64,000 bases of DNA from Candidatus Latescibacterota bacterium (GTDB taxonomy: Bacteria; Latescibacterota; UBA2968), in assembly GCA_965198115.1 (NCBI GenBank), contig OZ240241.1:4224001-4288000 (forward strand), given 5' to 3'. Shown one piece after another: positions 19,666-29,780 of the stretch. The position numbers were made by a program, and so were the translations under genes. A model generated the notes under the pieces. That model ran no database searches. It was not told where the DNA came from and was given only the letters and a program-made list of their open reading frames with translations. Position 1 is the first letter of the stretch, and the number at the start of each line of letters is the position of its first letter.

Positions 19666-21105
19666 TCACACGTTGTCCAACAAATGCAGGAACCTATCGA
19701 CGCACTCTCTCAACCCACCAGCCAGCCGGTTTTCCGCTCCCAAAACCATGAATCCGTCGAATCCGGAACAGCGTAAAATCGAAATCAACTCCTTGATCTC
19801 GGCATTGCCACGCCCAAGTTCGGTCGGTCGACCGTCGTACGTCACGTCCGACACGTCGAGCTGGTCCGTCAGCGCCTTCAATCTCGCCCGATGCATCTGG
19901 TGAAAGGGCTTTTCTCCCAGACGAGCGAAATTGCCCCCGCAGTAAGTGAGGTTCGCGAGAACGCCGGCTGCCCGCAGATGCTGGATCGCGTCGTGCGCGT
20001 CCGTCGTGCTCAGGTGAACATGGTAAAAGGAAAGTTGGATCTCACTCTCAGATGCCACCTCTATGAGACACTCGTTTGGCCCTGCCAGGGGAAGGACGAC
20101 GCGTCCAACGCCGCTGTTTAGGGCCGCGGCCAGAATGTCCTCTACGTTACAACACGTGTAACCACGCAGAGCCGTCACGACGCATCCGCCGTCCGTAAGT
20201 TCCTGAACGGCCGACACGATACGCGCCGCCCCGAGCGACTGTAGGGGCCGCCCTTGCAAAGCATCTATCTCGACGTGGCCGATGCCGACAGCCCGACAGT
20301 TTTCGATCATCTCTGGCACGTACCGGCCGGCCAAGCTCGCAGATGTCACGAGCGTGAAGTCCTCGGCTTCCCATCTCGTTCGGAAGAGATCGGCGCGCTG
20401 ATCGATGCACGCTTCGCAGTTCGGGTTGTCGCATAGCGCAAAATCTGGATGTGTCTTTCCGAATTCGAACAGGTAGTCGACCAACTCCTTGCTCTTCATC
20501 AGCCTTACGGCCGATCGCCCGATCCGCCCAAGCTTCACGATGCCCTGACGGCGCAGCATTGCATCGAGACCGATGAAGTCCCGATGCGGCCCCGGAAAGT
20601 AATCCCACGATCGCGTCACTTCGCCTTCCGGCGTGTCGAAGGTGTGCTCTTGCGTTCGGTTCAGATACGAGAGTCGAAGCATCGACTCCACGGCGTGTAG
20701 CGTTGTGTTGCGGTCCTGATCCACGCCTAGCAGGCAGACGTACCCGCCGAGGTCTCCGATCCGGGCATAGGGTGTGCCCTCCGTGTGGGCCATCTCAGCC
20801 TTCCAGTGGTCCTGGCAGACCTCTGTCGCCTTTCCACCGACGGCTGCAACACTCGCGCGGGGATGAATGCTCTCCACGACACCGGGTCGCCGTTTAACCT
20901 CTTCCATAATCGCACCGAAATCACCGAATGTCGGAACGACGAGCGTCCCATCAGGCCCCAGCACCTCGAGAAAAGCATCGACAACGGTCGCGGCGCCTCC
21001 TTCCACCGGTCCGAGACTGGACAGAGAGCTATGAACGAGCACGTGATCCCCCGTCATCAACCCGAGGTCTCTCAACCCGCTCTCGATGTCGCCTTTGGTC
21101 AACAC
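19666..21105 (-). CDS. AAC(3)/YokD-family N-acetyltransferase fused to an AP-endonuclease-2/xylose-isomerase-like TIM barrel
   Basis: VLVHSSLSSLG.VEGGA, GTLVVPTF, S.HP..SVAAVG, LLGV...NTTLH..E; linker CDNPNCEAC; C-terminal LGRGNAEIKELISIL...FDG. Confidence 0.8.
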   Translation of the reverse strand: MLTKGDIESGLRDLGLMTGDHVLVHSSLSSLGPVEGGAATVVDAFLEVLGPDGTLVVPTFGDFGAIMEEVKRRPGVVESIHPRASVAAVGGKATEVCQDHWKAEMAHTEGTPYARIGDLGGYVCLLGVDQDRNTTLHAVESMLRLSYLNRTQEHTFDTPEGEVTRSWDYFPGPHRDFIGLDAMLRRQGIVKLGRIGRSAVRLMKSKELVDYLFEFGKTHPDFALCDNPNCEACIDQRADLFRTRWEAEDFTLVTSASLAGRYVPEMIENCRAVGIGHVEIDALQGRPLQSLGAARIVSAVQELTDGGCVVTALRGYTCCNVEDILAAALNSGVGRVVLPLAGPNECLIEVASESEIQLSFYHVHLSTTDAHDAIQHLRAAGVLANLTYCGGNFARLGEKPFHQMHRARLKALTDQLDVSDVTYDGRPTELGRGNAEIKELISILRCSGFDGFMVLGAENRLAGGLRECVDRFLHLLDNV

Positions 21106-21132
21106 GCGAAGCGTCTCCCGGTGTTCAACGTT

Positions 21133-22018
21133 CTATCTTCGATTTTCGATGTTCAATGCCCCTGCCATCGCCCGTACCTGTTCCGGTCCCGACCCGCAGC
21201 AGGAACCGATGTAGTCGATCCCGATGTCACGCGCGCGTCGTGCGTAGTCCGCCATCCCCTCCGGAGACACCACCCGCCCGGTCCAATGCCCTTCTCCTGC
21301 GCCCATATACAGATGAGGAGTACACATCACGGCGACGGGTTGCGCGGCGATAGGACCGTCCACGGCGTCCCGAATCCGCTCCATCATCGGTAACATCAAC
21401 TCGGGATCCTGCATACAGTTCAGCCCCACGATATCGGCGCCCGCGGCCTTCAACCGTTTCGCGCACTCGTCCATATCCAATCCGTCTCTCGATCTCAGTT
21501 CCGGCTTGCAGGACATCGTCACCATCACCGGAAGGCCCGTTGGGCGAGCAGGCATCTTCGATGTAGTAGAGCGTCTCGAGGATCAAAAAGTCGACACCTA
21601 ATTCTGCGACGAGCTCGCATTCTTCCTGGTAGAGTCCCCTCGCGTCGTCGGTCGAAAGACCCTCCGCCGCAAGGCCCTTCGACCCGACAGCCGATCCGAT
21701 CGAGCTGGCCAATAGCCCATCCTCACCAATCACGCTCCGGGCTACTTCGACGGCTTTCCGATGGATCTCCTCGTAATGATCGGCCGCACCAACACCCTCG
21801 AGACGGTTTCGAGTGCCCTGAAATGTCTGCGCCTGGATGACCTCCGCCCCCGCATCGAAGAATTCCTGATAGAGGCCGCGAACTGTTTCCTCGTTCGACA
21901 GAATCCCGTACGGGGAGTAGTCCTCCATCGGAACACCGCGTTCCTTCAAGATGAACACGTATCCGCCGTCGCCCAGCACGGGACCGTCAGCCAATCGATC
22001 AAGAATGGATGCGGACAC
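21133..22018 (-). CDS. Homocysteine S-methyltransferase family protein, frameshifted near 21550
   Basis: LGDGG, EFFDAGA, GVDFLILET in frame 21227..22105; GADIVGLNC and IGSCCG Zn ligands in frame 21133..21555. Confidence 0.8.
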
Positions 22019-22067
22019 GATCGTCTCCTGTGGTTTCCGTGACCGTAGAGCGTATTGCAATACGCCC

Positions 22068-22805
22068 CTACGGCGCGCGCTCCTTGGAAAAAACGTGCCG
22101 CGCAACTTCGTGATGTTCGCCGGCCATCATTTCCTCGAGGTACGTCACGGTCCGTGAGACCGCCGCCTCGACAAGTTTTTCGCCTTTCTCCAGGGACGCA
22201 GCGAGCGGCTGCTTCTCCTCCTGATCGTTCATCGCATCCTGCCTAATGCCACCCGGAAACAACGCATAGGCAGTCGACGTCTCGTATTCCCCGGCGTGGC
22301 CCGGAACGCGAGCCTCGCACACCTTTTCAGCGTCATCCCGGCTGAGATTCCAATAGGATTGGAACTGCACGTTTGCGTCAGGATTAGTGGACTGGAAGTA
22401 GAGTTGCCACTGTCTGATCATCCCGTAGATCGGCATCTCGTTTCCACCGTGGCCATTCAGAATCAGGACATTCTTGACCCCGTGGCGTATCAGGCTCTCG
22501 ACCGAATCGAACAGGACAGCCAGCCACGATCCGGGCTTTGCCGTAACAGTGCCCTTGTGAATCATATGGTGCTCGGAAATGCCGACGGCCATCGGCACAG
22601 CCACAATCACCTTGGGGTGAAGTCTGCGAGCGGCTTCCTCCGCAATCGCCGTCGAATGGGCGATGTCGTGCCCCATCGGCAGATGTTCCAGGTGTTGCTC
22701 GATGCTCCCCGTGGGGATGATCCCTGCTTCGAATTCGCCACGTTCGAGTGCCTCGCGAAACTCACGTCGTGTCAGACTCTCGATTCTCACTACCTTGTCG
22801 GCCAT
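22068..22805 (-). CDS. Creatininase family amidohydrolase
   Basis: P.GSIEQH..HLP...D, GISEHH, NGHGGN, GHAGEYETS. Confidence 0.9.
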   Translation of the reverse strand: MADKVVRIESLTRREFREALERGEFEAGIIPTGSIEQHLEHLPMGHDIAHSTAIAEEAARRLHPKVIVAVPMAVGISEHHMIHKGTVTAKPGSWLAVLFDSVESLIRHGVKNVLILNGHGGNEMPIYGMIRQWQLYFQSTNPDANVQFQSYWNLSRDDAEKVCEARVPGHAGEYETSTAYALFPGGIRQDAMNDQEEKQPLAASLEKGEKLVEAAVSRTVTYLEEMMAGEHHEVARHVFSKERAP

Positions 22806-22836
22806 ATCGTTATCCTCGCTTAGTCACACACGGAAA

Positions 22837-24225
22837 TCAGAGCGGCGGAATGGGGTACCGATCCGTCCAGGCTTTCAGTTTTTCTTCCAGGGACGTCTGT
22901 ATCTGGGCAACATCCGGTTCTCCGTAACGGTTGTTCAGCTCATCCGGATCATCATCCAGCAGATACAGCTCGAATTCGTCATTCGGGTTGTGGATCAGCT
23001 TGGCGGACTCCGTCCGGACCATCGTCGCTGCATCCTCCAAACGGGATGAGACCGCGATACCCTGCGGCAGGTTGTGCACGTTAACGACGGTGTTCCGCCC
23101 CACCGAGGCGTAGACCGCGTCGCGATGGACGTCGCCTGTTTCCCCTCGAGCCAGGGGAAGGATGGATCGACCCCGGTTGGAGGGCGGAGAAATGCCAGCC
23201 GCCTCGCAGATCGTAGGCCCCAGGTCGAGCGCCTCGACCAGCTGATCGCACACCGTACCTCTGGGCAACTGCCCTTCTGGTGCGCGGACAACCAGGGGCA
23301 CGTGCAGCAGGCAGTCGTAGAGCATCTCCGCCTTCGTCATCATCCGGTGCTCACCCGTAAAGTCACCGTGGTCCGACGTGTAGACAATCCACGTGTTGTC
23401 CAGCAGCTCCCTTTCCTCCAGGCAATCGATGACGCGCTGGAATTGCCGATCGACGTGACTGATCATCCCGTAATACATCGCGATCACTTTGCGCACCTGG
23501 TCATCGCCGCACAGATCCATTCCCTCTTCTTTGGACAACCGCTTCAACCGTCCGATTGCCTTATCCCACACAGGGTCGGGCGGCAGCTCGATCGTATCGG
23601 GATCGTACATCGTGTCGTACGGCGGCGCGACCATATAGGGCGGATGTGGGTCCTCGTGAGAGACGTGGAGGTAGAAGGGTCCCTCCGTGCGATCCAGGAA
23701 ATCGATGGCCAGGTCCGTGATCACCGCTCCCGTCGACGAACTTTCCGGCACGGGGCTCGTATCGCACCACCAACCGACCCATCCGAATTCGGTCTGCGGC
23801 GCGTGTTCTTCGGAGTACTCCCGCACGGGTCTCACAGACTCGATGATGGGTGACTCGTGCATATCGTGGATCCAGTCGAATCCCCTGCTGAACCCTTTAT
23901 TCGCGTGGAGATGTCCGACAGCACCGCACGTGTAGCCGTGGGCCCCAAGGACTTCCTGAAACATCTCCCGATCGGGGGGAACGCCATCCGTTCGCGAAGA
24001 GTTCCCCATCACGCCGTGTTCTTGAGGGTAGGTACCCGTCAGAATCGAGGTGCGCGACGGCTGACACAGCGGACTCTGGACGAAGCAGCGCGTGAAGTTC
24101 ACCCCTTCGGCCGCCAATCGATCCGCTGCAGGCGTGACGAGCTGCGTGTTGCCGCCCACCCGGCTTGCCGAGAACTTCTGCTGGTCCGATGTCAGCAGGA
24201 TGATGTTGGGTCGATCATTCGCCAC
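22837..24225 (-). CDS. Sulfatase (formylglycine-dependent, S1)
   Basis: RPNIILLTSDQ, CQPSR (CxPxR), PHPPY, YTSDHG, ELY.L..DPDELNN; GTG start. Confidence 0.92.
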   Translation of the reverse strand: MANDRPNIILLTSDQQKFSASRVGGNTQLVTPAADRLAAEGVNFTRCFVQSPLCQPSRTSILTGTYPQEHGVMGNSSRTDGVPPDREMFQEVLGAHGYTCGAVGHLHANKGFSRGFDWIHDMHESPIIESVRPVREYSEEHAPQTEFGWVGWWCDTSPVPESSSTGAVITDLAIDFLDRTEGPFYLHVSHEDPHPPYMVAPPYDTMYDPDTIELPPDPVWDKAIGRLKRLSKEEGMDLCGDDQVRKVIAMYYGMISHVDRQFQRVIDCLEERELLDNTWIVYTSDHGDFTGEHRMMTKAEMLYDCLLHVPLVVRAPEGQLPRGTVCDQLVEALDLGPTICEAAGISPPSNRGRSILPLARGETGDVHRDAVYASVGRNTVVNVHNLPQGIAVSSRLEDAATMVRTESAKLIHNPNDEFELYLLDDDPDELNNRYGEPDVAQIQTSLEEKLKAWTDRYPIPPL

Positions 24226-24334
24226 GTTCCTCTCCTCAGATCCTCTTCGTCGATCTCTCCCCGGAAACAAGGAAAGGCCCGACTGCGTGTTCCGCAACCG
24301 GGCCTCGTGGGCGTCTTCTCCCATTGAGAGACGA

Positions 24335-25420
24335 TCAGCCGTCCTCCAACGCGTCGAGAATCCGGACCACGATCTCGTTCTGAATGTTCACCCTTTCAAC
24401 CTCATCTTTGACCTGGTTCCACGTGCCTGGATTCTGAGAAACCACGAGCCCCAGCCGGGGGCAGACCCAGATGTGCTTGGCGCCCGCACCCGAAGCGGCA
24501 AAGGAATCGCGTGGAAGGTCGGGCCACTGCTTGCCGTGATCGTTCACCCAGAACCCGTGACCATATTTCCAGTTCTTTTCGGGCTCGTTTTCCAGAATGA
24601 ACCGGTTCGTGACGGTAGCTTCTTTCAGATAGGCTTCCGGGATGACCTGCAATCCGTTCCAGTTCCCCCAGTTGAGCCAAAGATGTCCCGCGCGTGCTGT
24701 ATCCCTCGCCGTCGCGACCACCCTGAGGGAGTGTCCGAAGATGTTCTTCTTGGCTTGAGGAGGATGGTCGAAGTCGTTGTATCCGTGTGACCACGTTCCT
24801 CGAATCGGATCGCGTATCCACTCTTCGACCAGTCTGGCGCAACCCAACAGCCGATCCGGATCTCCACTATCGTAGAGGCCGCAGATCGTGGCGATCGAGT
24901 TCGCGAGAAGGTTCATCCCGAAAGTCTGATAATGGAACACCTTTCCTGGCTCCTCACCCGGCTTCATATACCCAGAGGTGTTGCAGATGAGCTGGCGGAA
25001 CGTGATGTCCCGGTCCTTTTCAAATGGATATCGGCCGGGTTTCGGCCCCTCGTCCTCTGCGATAGCCATCATCTCAGGATAGTATTCGACGACCTTGGCG
25101 TCCGGACTCGGAACCTTCCCTCGCTCGACTGCAACACCAAGCACGCAAGAGAAATAGGACTTCGACGCGGACGCTTGCCCCAGCTCTTCATCCCCTTCGA
25201 TGCCTTGGTTCCATTCGGCCACAAGGTATCCGTGACGCGCGATGACCACTCTGAACTTCGCGTCAGGATTCGTATCCCTCAGCCACCTTTCGACGCCATT
25301 CAGCCTTTCCAAGGATAGACCGAGGTCTTCGGGCGACCGTGTTTCCCATTCCTCACCAGGAAAGGTCGATTCCGGCCTCGCGATCTTCGACGTCACATCC
25401 GTCACGGTCATTCTACGCAT
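24335..25420 (-). CDS. Serine hydrolase, beta-lactamase/PBP-like fold
   Basis: ASASKS (SxxK), ITFRQL...TSG, PGKVFHY, ARD.AR.G.L.L..G.W.G.Q, YGHGFWVN. Confidence 0.85.
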   Translation of the reverse strand: MRRMTVTDVTSKIARPESTFPGEEWETRSPEDLGLSLERLNGVERWLRDTNPDAKFRVVIARHGYLVAEWNQGIEGDEELGQASASKSYFSCVLGVAVERGKVPSPDAKVVEYYPEMMAIAEDEGPKPGRYPFEKDRDITFRQLICNTSGYMKPGEEPGKVFHYQTFGMNLLANSIATICGLYDSGDPDRLLGCARLVEEWIRDPIRGTWSHGYNDFDHPPQAKKNIFGHSLRVVATARDTARAGHLWLNWGNWNGLQVIPEAYLKEATVTNRFILENEPEKNWKYGHGFWVNDHGKQWPDLPRDSFAASGAGAKHIWVCPRLGLVVSQNPGTWNQVKDEVERVNIQNEIVVRILDALEDG

Positions 25421-25441
25421 CCTTTCTAAATAGAGCCGTTC

Positions 25442-26185
25442 TCATTCCAGCTTCAACAGACGCGCGATGGTACCCCAAAAGAGATTGTCACGATCGTCAT
25501 CGCTGATCTCGAGGCCCCGAATCCGGTCGATTTCAGATCTCGCATACTCTGCCAACGTGGGATAGGGATGGGGCCCGTCGATGCCGAAAGCCATCCTGTC
25601 GGATCCGACTCTCGTCACGGCATCCTGAATCTTCCAGGACAGCGTCACCCCGCTCGTGTCCAGAATCGCATTCTCGCATTCTTCGGCCAGCTCGATGAAC
25701 TGATCGAGCAATCCTGCGGCCGTACACAGATACTTTCCCATATGGGCGACAATGATGGTCGTCGCTGGAAAAGCACGGAGGATGCGTCGCGTGTGTTCCA
25801 CGTTGCCCACGAAGTCGACCAGACACGGCACATCCAACCGGCCAGCCAGCTCGAACACGGGATCGATGATGTGCTCGGCCAGCCTGGTTTCCCCACCGTG
25901 GATCTTGATGCCCCGGAACCCCCAGTCGCTGACCGCCTCCTCGACGAGGCGGAGGGCGGGCACTTCGATGTGGGGAATGGCATAGGCGTAGGGAATCAGC
26001 CGATCCGGGAACGACTTCGCGGCTTCCCGCGCCATCTGGTTGGCTCGGCAAGAAGTGGTCGACATCGCGAAAACGACGGTTCTGTCGATACCCGCCTCAT
26101 CCATCACCTCGACGATCGTCTCAGGTGAATACTCGGTCTTGTCCCTGTTGCCGTGCTTCAGATGACAATGCGAATCACAAATCAT
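25442..26185 (-). CDS. Amidohydrolase family protein (Amidohydro_2)
   Basis: DSHCH, GFRGIKIH, AHMG, LDTS, FGIDGP. Confidence 0.88.
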   Translation of the reverse strand: MICDSHCHLKHGNRDKTEYSPETIVEVMDEAGIDRTVVFAMSTTSCRANQMAREAAKSFPDRLIPYAYAIPHIEVPALRLVEEAVSDWGFRGIKIHGGETRLAEHIIDPVFELAGRLDVPCLVDFVGNVEHTRRILRAFPATTIIVAHMGKYLCTAAGLLDQFIELAEECENAILDTSGVTLSWKIQDAVTRVGSDRMAFGIDGPHPYPTLAEYARSEIDRIRGLEISDDDRDNLFWGTIARLLKLE

Positions 26186-26251
26186 CGCCCGTCTTTTTCC
26201 TGACGACTGAACCCTGAACCCTGACAACTGCCGTGGGGCACTGCCGCACGG

Positions 26252-27499
26252 CTACGCGAATCGATCGACGCGAGTCAACGACAGATCGAACCCGTGATCC
26301 TCTCCCGTCACAATCCCCGCCGCGATCTTGCCCGTAACGGGTCCAAGAGAGATGCCGATCATCGCGTGGCCGGCCGCGACGGTCAGGTTCGGATGGGCCG
26401 AGGAGCGTCCGAGGAAGGGAAGCCCATCAGGCGTACAGGGCCGAAGACCCCGCCAGATCTCCAGCAATTCCATCTTGTTCGGATCCAGATCGGGCAGGTA
26501 TTTCGGAAACGCGTTCAGAATGGCCTGAACCCGGCGCTGGTTGATCGTGAAATCGAGCCCTGCGAGCTCAAGAGTTCCCGCGAACCGGAGGGTATCCCCC
26601 ATCGGATTGATGCCGACTTTGGCCTCCGTCAACATCATCGGAATGGTCGGCGCGATCTCTGGCATTCGTACCGTCACGCTGTAGCCCTTGGCCGGCTGAA
26701 TCGGCAGGCGAAGATCGAGCGACTGGGCGATTCCGGGCGACCACGAGCCGCCGGCCAAGACGACTTCCTCAGCTTCGATATCGCCTCTCGTGGTTCGAAC
26801 GACACCGATCGCATCTCCCTTGCGCTCGAAACCGAGCACTTCGGTTTGGGTGCGAATCTCCACACCCGTATCCTCGACCCGCCTGGCAAGCGTCGTCACA
26901 AAACGAGCCGGGTTTATATGTCCGTCCTGGGGGTAGAACACACCACCCACGATGTCGAGTCGAACACCAGGATTGAGCGCCTGCACCTCTTCAGCCGTCA
27001 GCACTTCGATCTGGATACCGAACTCGGCGATATGGCGCGCCTCAGCTACCACCTTTTCCCGGGCCTGTTCGGTCCGGTAGACGTGAATGCCGCCGACCTG
27101 CTGCAGTCCGAAATCGAATTCTTTCGCGAGCGCCTCGTACAGGCGGACGCTCTCGAGGCTCAGATCGCGGATCAGCGGCATCGCTGAGGCAACTTGCCGA
27201 GAGTTAGCCGACCGCATGAAGCGCCACAGCCAGGCGATCAGGTCGCGGTTCAGTCGCGGTTTGATGTAAAAGGGACTGTCAGGACTGAACATCCATTTGA
27301 GACCCTGGGAGACCGCCTTCGGTTCGGCGAGCGGCACGCAGTGGCTCGGTACCAACAAGCCTGCGTTCCCGTAGGAGCATCCCGAACACACCTCCCCGCG
27401 TTCGACGACGACGATGCGCTTCGACGTTTCCGAAAGGTAGTGCGCGGTACAGATCCCGATCGCACCAGCCCCCACAATCACGACATCAGCGTGATCCAT
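26252..27499 (-). CDS. dadA: FAD-dependent D-amino acid dehydrogenase family protein
   Basis: VGAGAIG, CSYGNAG, P.KGYS, W.GLRPCTPDGLP, GH...G.SLGP.TG. Confidence 0.85.
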   Translation of the reverse strand: MDHADVVIVGAGAIGICTAHYLSETSKRIVVVERGEVCSGCSYGNAGLLVPSHCVPLAEPKAVSQGLKWMFSPDSPFYIKPRLNRDLIAWLWRFMRSANSRQVASAMPLIRDLSLESVRLYEALAKEFDFGLQQVGGIHVYRTEQAREKVVAEARHIAEFGIQIEVLTAEEVQALNPGVRLDIVGGVFYPQDGHINPARFVTTLARRVEDTGVEIRTQTEVLGFERKGDAIGVVRTTRGDIEAEEVVLAGGSWSPGIAQSLDLRLPIQPAKGYSVTVRMPEIAPTIPMMLTEAKVGINPMGDTLRFAGTLELAGLDFTINQRRVQAILNAFPKYLPDLDPNKMELLEIWRGLRPCTPDGLPFLGRSSAHPNLTVAAGHAMIGISLGPVTGKIAAGIVTGEDHGFDLSLTRVDRFA

Positions 27500-27508
27500 T
27501 TGCGCCCC

Positions 27509-27771
27509 TCACGACTCGAGGATGTAGGGAAGCAACTCTCGTGTTTCGAAAAACTCGAAATTGGCGACCCCCGGTGGCGTGCACTCTGGGGGAACCCGAT
27601 AAGCGGTCGACCACCCTACTCCGGTCGCGCCGGCGACGTCCTTTTTCAGGTCGTTTCCCACGAAGAGGATTCGGTCTCCGCTACACCCCATCACGTTCTC
27701 GGCGTGCCGGAAAATCATCGGATCCGGCTTTGAGATCCCAAGGTCGCCGGAGTAGGTGCGCGTTTTAAAAA
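27509..27771 (-). pseudogene. HAD-family hydrolase, C-terminal part (gene interrupted by ISL3 unit)
   Basis: Reads ...KTRTYSGDLGISKPDPMIF...FVGNDLKKDVAGA (HAD motifs III/IV); rejoins in frame with 29781-30235 when the insert and one TTAAAAA copy are removed. Confidence 0.85.
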
Positions 27772-28069
27772 GGCTATATCCGGATCTCTCAACGAGATGA
27801 AGTGGGTGAAGGTGCCGTGGTTCCTGGCATGGGGGGCGCGGTTAGAGTGTGCGGAACCTCTTCGGAATCTGCTCAGGGATGTTTATGTCTCCGACGGTAA
27901 GGAAGATCATATCGTTGAATGCGTCGAGTGTGCGGAATCCGCTGGCTCGGTTCTTGACGATTTGGACGATTCGGTTGAGGCCTTCGGCGATGGCGTTGGT
28001 AAGACGCGTGTTCACGAATGCGAGGACGCCGAAGAAGTGCTGTCGCAGGGTCCTGACGAACTTTCGCAG

Positions 28070-28365
28070 TCACGTTCTACGACTTCCCGAAGGAACACTG
28101 GAAACACCTGAGAACCACGAACGTCGTCGAGAGCCCCTTTGCTTCCGTTCGGCTTCGCACAAACGCCGCCAGGCGATTCAAGAAAGTCAGGAACGCCACG
28201 ACTCTCATCTGGCGTACGCTCAAGGTCGCAGAGAGCCGATTCAGGAAACTCACCGCGCCACACTTGCTACAACAAGTCTACGATCAGAAACACTCAACCG
28301 GACCGCAGGTCGAAGCCGGGAAGATGGCCGCCTGATTTCTTTTACACACCTATTGACCTGAACTC
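28070..28365 (+). pseudogene. 3' fragment of an IS256-family transposase plus right inverted repeat
   Basis: TFYDFPKEHWKHLRTTNVVESPFASVRLRT...GKMAA* then tttacacacctattgacctgaactc; homologous but not identical to the C-terminus and right end of the IS256 at 44 kb. Confidence 0.85.
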
Positions 28366-28469
28366 TTTCACCGTTGAGAAACGGTGAAACTATAGAATGA
28401 CAAGGTCATAGATCGTTCCCTACGCTTGGTTGTGTGTGTAGGACAATCAAAGCGAAGGGGGTGCGACCT

Positions 28470-29711
28470 ATGACCGGGAGCAGATTACTATCGAAACTGC
28501 TGAGATTCAAGGGGTTCCGTGTTGTCAGCTGGTGGTTTGAGGGGAGAAGCTGTTTCGTCATCGCCGTAAAGCCACATAAGAATGGTTGTTGTTGTCCGGA
28601 GTGCGGCCGTCGAGGTAAAATCGTCCGCACAATGCCCCATCCGCGTCGGTGGCGTGACATTCCGGTGTGCGGGTGGAGGGTCTGGCTTCTCTACCATCCT
28701 CGGGAGATTCGGTGTCCTACCCACGGTCGTGTGGTCGAGGAGATTCCGTGGGCGGAGCGGTTCTCTCGGGTGACGTATCGCTTCGAGTATGCCATGCTGC
28801 GCTACTGCCAGACCATGACGCAGAAGGCGGCGTCCGAGTTACTGCGCATCTCTGCCTCGACGCTGTCGGATCTCCTTCACCGATCCATCACGCGGCTTCG
28901 TGAAGGTCATCGTATCCGAGGGCTCAAAACCATCGGGATCGACGAGATCTCCTACGCCAAGCGTCACAGGTACGCCACGCTCGTTTACGATCTGGACCGC
29001 TCCTGCGTGGTGTGGGTTGGCCGCGGCAGGGCGCGTAAAACGATCGATCGGTTCTTCACAGAGGCTCTCAGTCCCTACCAGAGATCCAAGATCGAGTGGG
29101 CCTGCTGCGACATGAGCGAAGCTTACATCGGAGCCATCCAGGAACACTGTCCGAATGCCAAGCTGGTCCTCGATCGCTTTCACATCGTCAAGGCTCTCAA
29201 TGCCGCCGTTGACGAGGTCCGTAAGGACCAGTGGCGTAAAGCTGCCCCGGATGAGCGCAAAGCCATGAAGGGCCTCCGATGGCTCCTCTACCGGCACTCA
29301 GCGACACGCTCCAGAGGGGATACTCGGACACTCAAAGCACTGGAGAAGGCGAACTACCGAATCTATAGAGCCTGGAGACTCAAGGACGAGTTCGAGCAGT
29401 TCTGGGAATACAAAGCGCCCTGGGCTGCCGAACGCTTCCTGAAATGCTGGACGACGTCCGCACTCAGAAGTCGACGTGAACCCCTGCGAAAGTTCGTCAG
29501 GACCCTGCGACAGCACTTCTTCGGCGTCCTCGCATTCGTGAACACGCGTCTTACCAACGCCATCGCCGAAGGCCTCAACCGAATCGTCCAAATCGTCAAG
29601 AACCGAGCCAGCGGATTCCGCACACTCGACGCATTCAACGATATGATCTTCCTTACCGTCGGAGACATAAACATCCCTGAGCAGATTCCGAAGAGGTTCC
29701 GCACACGCTAA
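28470..29711 (+). CDS. ISL3 family transposase
   Basis: CPECG and CPTHG zinc finger, IGIDEISY, CCDM, LDRFHIVK, TNAIAEGLN, RASGFR. Confidence 0.93.
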   Translation: MTGSRLLSKLLRFKGFRVVSWWFEGRSCFVIAVKPHKNGCCCPECGRRGKIVRTMPHPRRWRDIPVCGWRVWLLYHPREIRCPTHGRVVEEIPWAERFSRVTYRFEYAMLRYCQTMTQKAASELLRISASTLSDLLHRSITRLREGHRIRGLKTIGIDEISYAKRHRYATLVYDLDRSCVVWVGRGRARKTIDRFFTEALSPYQRSKIEWACCDMSEAYIGAIQEHCPNAKLVLDRFHIVKALNAAVDEVRKDQWRKAAPDERKAMKGLRWLLYRHSATRSRGDTRTLKALEKANYRIYRAWRLKDEFEQFWEYKAPWAAERFLKCWTTSALRSRREPLRKFVRTLRQHFFGVLAFVNTRLTNAIAEGLNRIVQIVKNRASGFRTLDAFNDMIFLTVGDINIPEQIPKRFRTR

Positions 29712-29780
29712 CCGCGCCCCCATGCCAGGAACCACGGCACCTTCACCCACTTCATCTCGTTGAGAGATCCGGATATAGCC

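Larger units (their letters stand above)
27772..29780 (+). mobile_element. ISL3-family unit with ~298-bp terminal inverted repeats and internal IS256 fragment; 7-bp target duplication TTAAAAA
   Basis: Ends GGCTATATCCGG...CCGGATATAGCC; 27772-28069 is the reverse complement of 29484-29780 (2 differences seen); TTAAAAA at 27765-27771 and 29781-29787. Confidence 0.85.

Noticed and set aside
19666-21105. Aminoglycoside resistance gene aac(3)
   Set aside because: Only family-level similarity; fused to an extra domain and embedded in a catabolic operon with no mobile context.
27849-28361. 170-aa plus-strand ORF as a novel gene
   Set aside because: Chimera of antisense ISL3 sequence and out-of-frame IS256 sequence.
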